From: a virus
Lineage: Duplodnaviria; Caudoviricetes
IMG/VR virus record: IMGVR_UViG_3300028833_000144
Span: 1-64,000 of that record
DNA: 64,000 nt
Direction: 5' to 3' (one strand)
The translations under genes and the position numbers were made by a program. Under the pieces are notes generated by a model. It was not told where the DNA came from and did not search any database. It saw only the letters and a list, made by a program, of their open reading frames with translations. Positions 48,185 to 57,393 of the stretch are shown piece after piece (position 1 is the first letter of the stretch; each line of letters opens with the position of its first letter).

Positions 48185-49318
48185 TTAATCCTCGTTATAT
48201 AATTCTACTGATAATCTGTATCTTTCTGCATCTAGGTCAGAAAAGAATCCGTCATCTTCTAGGTTCTTTATTTGTTCATCTGTAAGTTTGTGTTCCTTTT
48301 CGTATTCCTTGCATCTATCTATTCTTACATTAGGAACGCCATAAGCTTCCATATTATTTCTACATTCATCTTTATTTTTACAAGTAGTACAGATAGATTT
48401 CATTCTCTTTTCTCCTCTCCCGAGTTATAGATAGTTTCTTCTCCTACCTGAATACCAAATGCTTCATGCATATTAAAACCTTTAATTCTTACATTGTACT
48501 CGGGCTTATTATCCTTATTAGTAATATATACTCCTGTTACTTCTCCTATTATAAGAACTGTATCTCCTACTTTATGTTCTATTTTCATTTCTGTATCTCC
48601 TTTAATTCTGTTCCGCAGTATTCACAATAAACTACATCTATGTAACGTCTGCCACATTCGGGACAAAACATATTATTAGAATTATATTTAGTGTCCATAC
48701 GCACTAAACCAAAAAACATACCAAGAGCAAGTGAAACAATTATAATAACAATTATCGCAAGTATAAATTTAAAATTCTCCCATTCATAGTTACTCATTCT
48801 CTGTCCTCCTCGTCAAACCCTAACCACTCGTTCTCGGATATTACACCTGCGATATATTCCACATCTTCTGTGGTAATTACCTGACCTTTGCTCTGTAAAA
48901 CAACTATCAGTCTTTTCATATCGTCAGTCATTGTGTATCCCCCTCATACCTGTCCGTCTGTACTTAGGGTGTGCCTCCACTTCTTTCCATTCAATACCTT
49001 CCACTTCAACCTTATGCTCTTTGTGTTTTGCAGGGATAGTCTGTAAGATGTTTCCCTTATCGTCCTGTATTACAATCTCATACTTCCGCATTATCATTCT
49101 CCTTCAAACACTATCTTAAATCTCTCCATATCGCAGTATTCAAATTGTCCACACTCGTCACAAAGAATTAAACTTCCGTCCTGCAAGATAGCAAATCCTT
49201 CCATATCACAGTACATTAGTTTATTCGCCCACTTCTCATGCAAAGCAATTTCATACTCGTTTGCTTCTTTTCCCGTTCTACTATCAATAACAATAAAAGG
49301 TCTAGGTTTATTAGTCAT
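48185..49318 (-). other. Run of small hypothetical ORFs (48185-48403, 48400-48588, 48585-48797 TM + Zn ribbon, 49094-49318 and shorter ones)
   Basis: ORF track; overlapping stops/starts. Confidence 0.55.
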
Positions 49319-49815
49319 GTTTCCTCATCTATCATAGGTTCTGCTATGGAAAAGTAATTTCCTCCAATGCAGTCATACGCCTCATATCCGCTAAAGTAAT
49401 TCCTGCAATTAAAGAAAAGTACCCAGGGATATTCCTCTCCGCTATTTATCCACGCTACCGCTTCAATTACTGCTTGATCCGATAAATCTGTTCTCTGTGT
49501 TACGCTATGTCCATTCCTTACCGTACTGAATTGACCTCGCTGCGTGAGAACTTCTGTAATAGTGTCCGGAAATCTACTGTCCATTACTCTACACAAAATA
49601 CAAAGTGCTATGTATCTTCTACCCTCTGTACTGTCAGTACATCGGTTACTCTCTGCTTCGGTTACAGAACTGATTAGGATAAATTCATCTAGTTCCATAC
49701 CTGCCATTTCTGCTCTTTGTTCTATTGATAATGCTTCAATAGGTACATCTTCTTTAAACATAAAGATGTTTATTCCCATTGAAGCAATAGTTAAAAGTAC
49801 CACTAATTTGTTCAT
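49315..49815 (-). CDS. SleB/CwlJ-like cell wall hydrolase (Hydrolase_2), N-terminal membrane anchor
   Basis: VTEAES..RVMDSRFPDTITEVLTQRGQFS..LFF..GGNYF. Confidence 0.8.
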   Translation of the reverse strand: MNKLVVLLTIASMGINIFMFKEDVPIEALSIEQRAEMAGMELDEFILISSVTEAESNRCTDSTEGRRYIALCILCRVMDSRFPDTITEVLTQRGQFSTVRNGHSVTQRTDLSDQAVIEAVAWINSGEEYPWVLFFNCRNYFSGYEAYDCIGGNYFSIAEPMIDEET

Positions 49816-49932
49816 TCTATACCTCCTGTGGTTTGCATCATCTTCTTTATATTACATCTATTGTGGTTTATCGTCAACCACAAAAGAATTATTGTAATGT
49901 ATCTGTAATAAAGAGATGAAGCAAGATATTGT

Positions 49933-50214
49933 TTATGTTTTATCTGATTTAACATTCTTCTGATAGCGTTGAGTTACACTTCCCATTACGCCACTTCTAC
50001 CTTTAGGCTTTGTTTCCTTAAATCTTTTAAGAGTATCAATATCCTTTTGTGTCCATACCTTTTGTCTGCGGACATTTAAGGTTATAGGCTCCGGCAATAT
50101 CTTGGCGTATTCGTCATCGGGATTTTCTTTCTTAAATCTGTACCAATTATTAATAGTTTGCAAAGATACTCCCACGGCAACACATACTTCTTCTTTTGTA
50201 AACATCGGCTTCAT
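49933..50214 (-). CDS. MerR/Xis-like DNA-binding protein
   Basis: EEVCVAVGVSLQTINNWY..WTQKDI..LK.FK. Confidence 0.65.
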   Translation of the reverse strand: MKPMFTKEEVCVAVGVSLQTINNWYRFKKENPDDEYAKILPEPITLNVRRQKVWTQKDIDTLKRFKETKPKGRSGVMGSVTQRYQKNVKSDKT

Positions 50215-50233
50215 TACTCATACCTCCATGATA

Positions 50234-50265
50234 AATATTATAGTACACGTTTGTTATGTTAGCAA
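50234..50265 (-). promoter_or_regulatory. SigA-type promoter with degenerate operator
   Basis: Minus strand TTGCTA-17 bp-TATAAT; aaacgtgta.tataatattta shared with 25691. Confidence 0.7.
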
Positions 50266-51720
50266 ATAGTTAATAAGGGTTGTTTTATCTAATTCAGAAC
50301 TTCCGTTTATCAGAATATTAGACATTTCTCCTCGCATTTCTACAAGGTGGTGTACTCTTTCATCTATCGTGTCTTTGCACATAAGAGTATAGATAGTGAT
50401 GTTATGAGTAGCCCCTATTCTATGAAGTCTATCGAGTGCTTGATTCTTTCTTTCCATATTCGTAGGTTCGTCAAGGAAGATGACTACTTCTCCTGCGTAT
50501 AGATCAATTCCATATCCCATAGCACCGATAGTGCCTATGACAAACTCTACGCTATCATCGTTCTGGAACAACTCTTTATTCTCATAGCGTTCATTATCAC
50601 TAATATCTCCTGTAATGATTACGCCCTTATGTTTCCTGGATAGTCTTTCATAAGCAGGGTTCACAATTTGAGTCCAAAGAGAGAATATGACAACCTTCTT
50701 TCCGTTGCTTACTGCATTATCAACTATCTCTTCCATCCTATCGAACTTCGCAGATACTTTCACATCGGAAAGAATACCCGTATATCCCGTTGCCTGTCTT
50801 GCTCTTATAAATTCAGTAAGAGGATTAGCAGACTTCTTTATTCTGTCTATATTCTTAACAAGCGTTCTTTTTTCTCCGTTGTATATTCTTGCCTGTTTAC
50901 TGCTCATTTCAACATATTCATCAACAAACAGTTTATCCGGAAGATCAAGTGTTTCTTCTTTCAATCTGCGTAACATCATCGTATCGAGAATAGAAGATAA
51001 TTCGTCAAGATGTTTATAGCCTAATATCTCCTTGCCGTTATATCCTCCCATCTTGCAATAATGATACTTAAACTTCCCGTAAGGATCGTTGTAATATCCA
51101 AGCCACCTTAACGACATATAAATATCAAGAGGAGAATTTTCTACAGGAGTTCCGGTTATAGCTATTTGAACAGGGGTATGAAGTTTTAAAATCTGTTTAG
51201 CCTGTTCTGTATTGTCATTCTTACAGATACTAAATTCATCTATTGCTATCATTTCTATTTGCCCTGTTTCACATAACTCTTGCAGTTTTTCTGTAATAGG
51301 ATAACTGTATTTGTCAACAGTCTTAATTCTCCCTCTTATTACCTTTTCTACCTTTTCTCCTGTGGGTATTCTGTATTTAAGAGTTTCAATGTTGGTAATA
51401 ATAAAACGAGGTAATTCATCTATCCTGTTTAAATCTTCTAACCTCTGTATATTACTTCCGATAGAATTACCTCTTTGTCCGAGAATATAACCCTCTTCAT
51501 AAGAATGTTTATGTATTTCATTAAGCCAATTCCATTTAAGACCATTCACGCAGCATATAATAAGACAATGCTTTACTTTCCGTATATCAGCGATGCAGAT
51601 AGTCTGTTGACTTTTTCCAAGTCCCATCTGATCTGCAAGAAGCCACTTATCGTGAGCAAGTCCGTATTCTATCCCTTCAAGTTGATGTTTAAAAGGTTGT
51701 AGTTTAAACGAAAAATCCAT
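50254..51720 (-). CDS. SNF2-family helicase/translocase
   Basis: LADQMGLGKS, IDE, ITGTPVEN, MLRRLKE, GYGIDL, QALDRLHRIG. Confidence 0.92.
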   Translation of the reverse strand: MDFSFKLQPFKHQLEGIEYGLAHDKWLLADQMGLGKSQQTICIADIRKVKHCLIICCVNGLKWNWLNEIHKHSYEEGYILGQRGNSIGSNIQRLEDLNRIDELPRFIITNIETLKYRIPTGEKVEKVIRGRIKTVDKYSYPITEKLQELCETGQIEMIAIDEFSICKNDNTEQAKQILKLHTPVQIAITGTPVENSPLDIYMSLRWLGYYNDPYGKFKYHYCKMGGYNGKEILGYKHLDELSSILDTMMLRRLKEETLDLPDKLFVDEYVEMSSKQARIYNGEKRTLVKNIDRIKKSANPLTEFIRARQATGYTGILSDVKVSAKFDRMEEIVDNAVSNGKKVVIFSLWTQIVNPAYERLSRKHKGVIITGDISDNERYENKELFQNDDSVEFVIGTIGAMGYGIDLYAGEVVIFLDEPTNMERKNQALDRLHRIGATHNITIYTLMCKDTIDERVHHLVEMRGEMSNILINGSSELDKTTLINYLLT

Positions 51721-51744
51721 AACGCCCCCCTTTTTATGTTAATA

Positions 51745-51774
51745 AAAAAGAGATGGTATTTCTACCATCTCTTT
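51745..51774 (-). terminator. Intrinsic terminator ending the accessory cluster
   Basis: aaagagatggta-tttc-taccatctcttt with U-tail on minus strand. Confidence 0.8.
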
Positions 51775-51835
51775 CCCTAAGAAGTACAGTATTGGATTCA
51801 AGGGAATCAACTGATTCAATAAGATAATTATAACC

Positions 51836-52318
51836 TTATCTCTTCATCTGCTCAATAGCTCTACGATAAGATTCTCTTTCCTCTTCGTTACGAGCATTAC
51901 GCATCATTTCCTCAAGATGTCCTATCATATCTTCTTTCCCATGTCTGCTATAGCCATCGTCATATGAACCACGACTTGTATAACGACCCATAGAATCACG
52001 ACCTCTGCGATAAGAGCTATCTTCACTATATCTGCCATCTCCGTCACCATCTCTACCACGCCTACCGTCATAAGAAGTGCGGTAAGAGCCGTAAGCATTT
52101 GCATAATCCTCTGAATAACCACGAGAGTAATCCCTTGCGTAATCACGAGAATAACCTTCTTGCTCTGCTTTGTGCATAGCATCAACAGTCGTAATATCCT
52201 TAATAACATCGACCATCTTATAGATGTTATCGAGGTCAGCAGAAGATATTTCTTCTTTCTTTGAAATAGACTTGAGTTCATCTTCCATTATGTCTTGAAT
52301 GTCATATAAAGCCTTCAT
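51836..52318 (-). CDS. RG/SY-rich low-complexity protein with helical ends
   Basis: YSRDYARDYSRGYSEDY..GRRGRDGDGDGRYS..RGRDSMGRYTSRG. Confidence 0.75.
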   Translation of the reverse strand: MKALYDIQDIMEDELKSISKKEEISSADLDNIYKMVDVIKDITTVDAMHKAEQEGYSRDYARDYSRGYSEDYANAYGSYRTSYDGRRGRDGDGDGRYSEDSSYRRGRDSMGRYTSRGSYDDGYSRHGKEDMIGHLEEMMRNARNEEERESYRRAIEQMKR

Positions 52319-52335
52319 CTTGCAATCCTCCTTCC

Positions 52336-52791
52336 TTATGCAATTCTTTCAACAGATATTGAAGCGTTACGTCTAACTGTTATCGAGGGAGTAGGTGTTA
52401 CCGCAGGATCATCTTCTGTACCATCAACATACCTTCCTGAAACTGTCATACAACAGCCACAGGGAATAGTTATGATCGCTACAGTATTGATATGCGTGTA
52501 ATCTTCTACCGCCGCAGGAGTAACAATGGCTACACTTTCGGGTATCGTAACCCCATCAAGCGTAATACCGAGGGCAATAGGTGTGACCGCTCCACCTGTC
52601 GGGATCGCCACATTTGCCTGCATCGTAACTTTGTATCTTGCAAATCTGTTCGGAGTATTACCTTTGAGAATAAGAATCCCAGGGGCAGCAGGAATAACGT
52701 GTCCTGCATTGCAAGGAATAGAAACACTATTGAACGGAATAGTACCATTTAACGCAACAGTAGCATCCGCAGTAGTTATATATTCTGCCAT
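52336..52791 (-). CDS. BclA C-terminal-like beta-sandwich protein
   Basis: IPFN..L.G..ARYKV..AN.AIP.GG..I.L.I..DG..T..A..CGCC; fold inferred from recalled similarity. Confidence 0.55.
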   Translation of the reverse strand: MAEYITTADATVALNGTIPFNSVSIPCNAGHVIPAAPGILILKGNTPNRFARYKVTMQANVAIPTGGAVTPIALGITLDGVTIPESVAIVTPAAVEDYTHINTVAIITIPCGCCMTVSGRYVDGTEDDPAVTPTPSITVRRNASISVERIA

Positions 52792-52804
52792 AGGTCATTC
52801 CTCC

Positions 52805-53665
52805 TTAATTGTAGAAGCTACCATTGCATCCGCAACCGGAGTTCTGATTGCAAGTGAAGATAGGTGTTCTGCCATAGACCGGAGTTGTCGGAACAGGACA
52901 GTTATTCAGCCTGTTGTAAAGCTGATCTACCTCATTCGCAAAGCCCTGTGAGATAAGAGCATTCTGCGCCGTCTGGCTTTCCCTAAAGTTTGCCGCCGTG
53001 AGCTGTGTTCTGAGGCTGTCGTTCTCCCTCTTGTAACCGTCAAGTTCAAGCTGGCAAAGCTTATCAAGGATAGCCTGTGTACCATTGCTCTGGCTCTGGA
53101 TGATGTCTCTTGTGTTATTCGCATCAGCAAATCTTGTAGCAGCACTCTCACTCTGAATGATGTTCTGTGTCTGACAAGTAGCAAGACGCTGATCACAACA
53201 GCACTGTGCCAACTGCGATCCAAGAGAATTAAATCCCTGATTCATAGCTGTCTGCATACCAAATGCCGTCTGCATATTAGCTATCTGACGAGCGTTAGCA
53301 GAAGATTCAGCGTTAGAGAAACCGTTAGCAAGAGCCATCTGCATATCTCCGCAACAACCGCAAAGTTGTGTAGAAAGACTGCTTATTCCATCTCTAATGC
53401 TTGTGATACCGTCATTGAGCATAGCATCTCTGAAACCTGCATTAGTGTTTGTATTAATTCCCTGCTGTCCATTAAGAAGCCAAGGAAATTCATACATTCC
53501 GCCTCCGAAGCCACCTCCGAAGCCATTACCCCAACCGCCACCTGCGAACAAGAGCAGTAAGAGAATCCACCAACCATCGTAACCGAATGAGTTACCGAAT
53601 CCACTACCCATGCCACCATACATAGGTGCTACAGGCATTACCATGTTTTCTGAACCATTTGTCAT
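52805..53665 (-). CDS. Gly/Phe-rich membrane-anchored, Asn/Gln-rich protein with CGCC and CCC motifs
   Basis: GWWILLLLLFAGGGWGNGFGGGFGGG TM; LCGCCG; LAQCCCD; C-terminal CPVP..CGC. Confidence 0.75.
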   Translation of the reverse strand: MTNGSENMVMPVAPMYGGMGSGFGNSFGYDGWWILLLLLFAGGGWGNGFGGGFGGGMYEFPWLLNGQQGINTNTNAGFRDAMLNDGITSIRDGISSLSTQLCGCCGDMQMALANGFSNAESSANARQIANMQTAFGMQTAMNQGFNSLGSQLAQCCCDQRLATCQTQNIIQSESAATRFADANNTRDIIQSQSNGTQAILDKLCQLELDGYKRENDSLRTQLTAANFRESQTAQNALISQGFANEVDQLYNRLNNCPVPTTPVYGRTPIFTCNQNSGCGCNGSFYN

Positions 53666-53830
53666 TGTTTTTCTCCTTTTCTAAAGAATTTTTATTTCTC
53701 TATCGTTGCAACTAATAGAAATCGAATTAAATAACTCGTTTATCGAGTTAAGTTCGTTGAATGAGAATTAAAAATACGTTAGAATGAAGATGGTACGGGT
53801 GTGTCATCTTCGTACTTTTCTAACTCTCAC

Positions 53831-53869
53831 ACCTCGTAGCTATTCGCCCAACCCCCGAAGCTACGAGGT
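53831..53869. promoter_or_regulatory. Strong hairpin in cluster-internal intergenic region
   Basis: acctcgtagct-17 nt-agctacgaggt (11-bp perfect arms). Confidence 0.65.
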
Positions 53870-53955
53870 TTATTTCTGTAAATAACTGCAAATAAATGCA
53901 AAATAACTTAAAATTTTGCAAAAAATCTGCAAAAAACGCAGTTAAATTTCAAAAA

Positions 53956-54186
53956 TCAACCTTTAAATAAGTTTTGAAACTGCGGATTATTCTTCATCTG
54001 CATAACTCTGTTCACTTGTTCTTGTGATACTTGACCACTATTAAGTAAGTGTTGAATAATCTGATTAGGATCATTCATTCCTTGAGGAATATTAAATCTC
54101 TGAGATAACATAGCCATAGGATTTTGCTTAAACTGATTAAGTATAGTCATAAAGTTATTGTCATTAGGTTGTATGGGTGCTGCCAT
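53956..54186 (-). CDS. Gln/Asn/Met-rich small protein
   Basis: NQFKQNPMAMLSQ..NDPNQIIQHLLNSGQVSQEQ. Confidence 0.7.
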   Translation of the reverse strand: MAAPIQPNDNNFMTILNQFKQNPMAMLSQRFNIPQGMNDPNQIIQHLLNSGQVSQEQVNRVMQMKNNPQFQNLFKG

Positions 54187-54616
54187 AGTTTTCCTCCTTC
54201 TGTCGCTTTTGCTGACTATTACTATTCTGTCTTTGCTTTATAGCTTGTGTTATTTCGCTCTTGAACGCATCAAATTCGCTTCTGCTTACATAATCCGTAT
54301 TCTCTGTCGGTTGAGTTTGAGCAACGCTATTTGAAGGGGCATTTGCTGTACGCTCTTTGTAATCAAAGATACGCAAAGGTTGTGGCATACCGGAATTATC
54401 CATAGTTTTTATAAAGAAGATAGGTTCATCTCGATCGAATAACCACATACGCATACCAGGTGCTACGGGATAAGCGTTAGCACTTGCTTCTCCACCTTGA
54501 ATCCAGGCAAGAGAATTATTCTGTTGCGGTTGCTGAATGTTTTGTTGAACCGGATAACTTATTTGCTGCGGTTGATAGTAGGAATTAAAATAACCATTAG
54601 GATAAGCCATAATCAA
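54164..54616 (-). CDS. Gln/Pro-rich protein with conserved core
   Basis: YYQPQQ..QQPQQNN; WIQGGE..A.AYPVAPG..FFIKT.D..GMP..LRIFDY. Confidence 0.7.
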   Translation of the reverse strand: MIMAYPNGYFNSYYQPQQISYPVQQNIQQPQQNNSLAWIQGGEASANAYPVAPGMRMWLFDRDEPIFFIKTMDNSGMPQPLRIFDYKERTANAPSNSVAQTQPTENTDYVSRSEFDAFKSEITQAIKQRQNSNSQQKRQKEENYGSTHTT

Positions 54617-54993
54617 TACTCCTTTTCAAAGTAATAAAGAACTATCTCGTCCCCACTATCCCAAGAATCATAGTAGTTACCATCTATGCAAGTAACAACG
54701 TGACTTTGGCAAGTGAGAACATAACTACCTTTAGGGTGTTCATCGGCAAATTGAGCAACTGTAGTACATTTAGGACAAACAGAATCAATCGTCTTTTGAA
54801 CATATCCATACTTTCTCAAAAACATTCCCCATACGTAATTAGACGATGGCATATCTGCATAAATCAGTCCTTCTGAACACAATCCGAGATATGCTTCTTC
54901 CCAATTTTTCCCTGTAGCTTTACTGACTGCTCGTACAGAGCAATCTCCTACACGTTGATTACGAGGATTGTCATTGAAATAAACATAGGGCAT
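54613..54993 (-). CDS. Papain-like (C39-like) Cys-His-Asp protein
   Basis: GDCSVRAV..SHVVTC.DG.YYDSWD. Confidence 0.6.
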   Translation of the reverse strand: MPYVYFNDNPRNQRVGDCSVRAVSKATGKNWEEAYLGLCSEGLIYADMPSSNYVWGMFLRKYGYVQKTIDSVCPKCTTVAQFADEHPKGSYVLTCQSHVVTCIDGNYYDSWDSGDEIVLYYFEKEY

Positions 54994-55091
54994 ATAGTAA
55001 ACCTCCTATATGTCCTATTTTGTCAAAATATAATGTTCGTTAAAATGAAATATCCGTGTAACTTTCTTGCAATTTAAGATAAATTTACGGG

Positions 55092-55134
55092 TAATTAAAA
55101 ACCCTTGTGCGTTCCAGACACAAAGGTTTTAATT
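55092..55134 (-). terminator. Long hairpin after HTH gene
   Basis: taattaaaaacc-cttgtg..cacaa-aggttttaatta. Confidence 0.55.
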
Positions 55135-55142
55135 AAAAGGAA

Positions 55143-55346
55143 TTAGATATGTTTAAAAAGTTTGGACTCGCATTTTGATACGATATTCTTTATCTGTTTA
55201 ACCGACATATTCATTTCATCAGCAAGAGGTTCATAACAGATACCATCTATAAGCCTACGCTTGAGTATCTTTCTATCTCGTTCTGAATGAATCCACTCGT
55301 CTATCTCGTGTTCTATCTGAGAATTGGTAATATTCTCATAGTTCAT
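55143..55346 (-). CDS. Sigma-70 region-4-like HTH protein
   Basis: ERDRKILKRRLIDGICYEPLADEMNMSVKQIKNIV. Confidence 0.7.
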   Translation of the reverse strand: MNYENITNSQIEHEIDEWIHSERDRKILKRRLIDGICYEPLADEMNMSVKQIKNIVSKCESKLFKHI

Positions 55347-55376
55347 CTTCTTCTACGCCTTGTTCCGTTACTACCA

Positions 55377-55676
55377 TTACGGCGTACTCTCGAATTGCTC
55401 CTGCGTCTGCGGATCGTTACTGTTTGTGCCATAATCAACATCTCCTGCTCCTACGATATTAACTCCATCTCCGTCTTGAGAAGCCTCTACTTCGATGTAG
55501 TCATCACTAACATAGTCATACTGATTCCAAAAATACAACCATGCAGCGTTTGTTGCGATCAAGGCAATAATGAGAAATATTATGATTCTATTACGCCAAA
55601 GATCATTTCTCTCGTCTTTTGCCTGCATACGTTCAAAAGCGATACGGCTCATAATGATATTATCATTGTTTTCCAT
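55377..55676 (-). CDS. Single-TM membrane protein with acidic tail
   Basis: IIIFLIIALIATNAAWLYFW; start MENND. Confidence 0.65.
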   Translation of the reverse strand: MENNDNIIMSRIAFERMQAKDERNDLWRNRIIIFLIIALIATNAAWLYFWNQYDYVSDDYIEVEASQDGDGVNIVGAGDVDYGTNSNDPQTQEQFESTP

Positions 55677-55766
55677 ATTTTTACCTCCATTCATGTGAAA
55701 GATTTTCCACGTTGCACTTTTAGTTTAACTTACCGGAAGTTCAATATCAACAAATTCTTTGTAAAC

Positions 55767-55798
55767 TAAAACCCTCACGATACGGAATGAGGGTTTTA
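55767..55798 (-). terminator. Terminator after endolysin
   Basis: taaaaccctca-10 nt-tgagggtttta. Confidence 0.7.
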
Positions 55799-55861
55799 AT
55801 GATGATGCGCCACATAAAAAGGAGGTTTATAGTTATGGGTTTGATCCGTATCTTCTCCTAG

Positions 55862-56566
55862 TTATCCTTTAAGCAGATAGTTCCAGGTCTTTTGTCCGCA
55901 TATATCATCAATGTTTTGAATGATACCCTTCTTCTGCATTTCAACTTGAACATTATGAACGGCATATCTTACGTTTTTACCAAAATCGCAGTCAACAGTA
56001 AGAGGCTTGCCGTTTTCGCCCTTGAAATTCTTTCCATTGAGTATAATTTGAAGTGTACCTACTTCATAACACTTTGAACCTAACTGTAATACAGGCATTT
56101 CTACTGTCACGGTCTTAATCTCCTTATCTTCTCTGTATCTTAAAACGTAATCCCAACCTTTTGAAAATTCATAGAATTTACCGACTGCTATTTCCCAACC
56201 TGTTTGGTCGCCGTCTTTTCCGTTATAGATACCGCCCTTTTCGTTACAAGACGCTTGTACTATCTGACCATTACCGATAAATATACAAGTATGCTTCTTC
56301 TCGTTAAGAAGTACATCTCCTTTTAAAAGTAACATACCTTTTGTGTACTTAATATCTTGAAAGCCACATTTCTTAAAAGCACTACGCATATTTTCTGTAT
56401 ATGACGCACCTGCTTCTTTTACTTTCAGTCCTGCTTCTTCGTATGCTTGGATAACAAGGCTAGAGCAGTCATAATCAACGCCCCAACGTCCTATTTGGTC
56501 GTAACCATGAGAATTATCATTAGCAATACCTACTGCCCAATTAACTGCTTTATCAATGATAGTCAT
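55862..56566 (-). CDS. Endolysin: NlpC/P60 peptidase plus peptidoglycan-binding domain
   Basis: YDCSSLV..GDVLL..HT..IG; C-terminal V..LQ..L..L.VDCDFG..DDICG..TW. Confidence 0.85.
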   Translation of the reverse strand: MTIIDKAVNWAVGIANDNSHGYDQIGRWGVDYDCSSLVIQAYEEAGLKVKEAGASYTENMRSAFKKCGFQDIKYTKGMLLLKGDVLLNEKKHTCIFIGNGQIVQASCNEKGGIYNGKDGDQTGWEIAVGKFYEFSKGWDYVLRYREDKEIKTVTVEMPVLQLGSKCYEVGTLQIILNGKNFKGENGKPLTVDCDFGKNVRYAVHNVQVEMQKKGIIQNIDDICGQKTWNYLLKG

Positions 56567-56928
56567 GCTTTAGCCTCTCTTTCTTCTCTGCTCTTAACGT
56601 ATTCACGAACTTCATCTATACGATTAAAAGCGGTCTTGAGGTCACGCTTGATAACTGCTATTTCTTCCCCATGCTCCGCAAGTGTCTTATTCATAGCCTT
56701 TATATCTGCTCTTGTTTCGTTTGTAGTAGCACATACTTGGTCTAATTTCATATTAGCCTTAAATATGCCCGACCGCATTTCAGATAACTCTTTCTCATCT
56801 TCTTTAATATCAGTCTTACCATTACGCACTTGAGCGAGAATAAAGGTGGTAACACCCACTATCATAGCGATAGCAGAAATACCCGTCTTTATGAGTTCGT
56901 TAATGTCTATCTCGTTACTAAGTACCAT
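56563..56928 (-). CDS. Lysis-associated membrane protein (TM plus coiled coil)
   Basis: One TM then heptad repeats; between holin and endolysin. Confidence 0.55.
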   Translation of the reverse strand: MVLSNEIDINELIKTGISAIAMIVGVTTFILAQVRNGKTDIKEDEKELSEMRSGIFKANMKLDQVCATTNETRADIKAMNKTLAEHGEEIAVIKRDLKTAFNRIDEVREYVKSREEREAKA

Positions 56929-56929
56929 T

Positions 56930-57133
56930 TCAGTCCTCTACTTCGGGCAAGCCTGCAAGAGATGTAGCAAGAGAGAGAATAGACGCTAGGGCGGATGCAG
57001 AGAGTACATACACCCAATTAACATCTTGAAGCACAACAGAACAACCCACGCCTGCAACAAAGGCTTGAAAAAAAGTCTTAATTGCTCTAACGCCTGCTTT
57101 TTCCCACCATTCTTTACTTTTAAGATATTTCAT
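56930..57133 (-). CDS. Holin, r1t-like
   Basis: WWEKAGVRAIKTFFQA..SLATSLAGLPEV. Confidence 0.85.
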   Translation of the reverse strand: MKYLKSKEWWEKAGVRAIKTFFQAFVAGVGCSVVLQDVNWVYVLSASALASILSLATSLAGLPEVED

Positions 57134-57171
57134 AGTCTTAATCCTCCCTTCACTTAAAGTATAACACGAAG

Positions 57172-57267
57172 TTATATTTCCTTATACAACACACTCGCAA
57201 TAAACGCAATTACAGGAACGGCTATCTCGCCTATGGTACGGATAATGTCGTAGGTTTTATTAGTCAT
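57172..57267 (-). pseudogene. Truncated Dp-1-type holin (31 aa)
   Basis: MTNKTYDIIRTIGEIAVPVIAFIASV then premature stop; SD AAGGAG; N-terminus matches recalled SNKTYDILK..I..PA holin family. Confidence 0.6.
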
Positions 57268-57278
57268 TGTGAGTCTCC

Positions 57279-57392
57279 TTATTTTAACTCGTCAGCGTCA
57301 AGTAAAGCCTTAACTGCCTCATACCACCTTGCAGGTACTTCTTCAAGCGTCATTTCTCCTGCCTTTATGCGTCTGTAATATATTTTCGCCAT
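57279..57392 (-). CDS. Small tail-module protein (CD1375/XkdX-like)
   Basis: MAKIYYRRIKAGEMTLEEVPARW..V..LL, 37 aa. Confidence 0.7.
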   Translation of the reverse strand: MAKIYYRRIKAGEMTLEEVPARWYEAVKALLDADELK

Positions 57393-57393
57393 A

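Noticed and set aside
50254-51720. Inactive helicase because Walker B reads DEFS
   Set aside because: DE is intact and other SNF2 motifs are present; variation after DE alone is not enough to call it inactive
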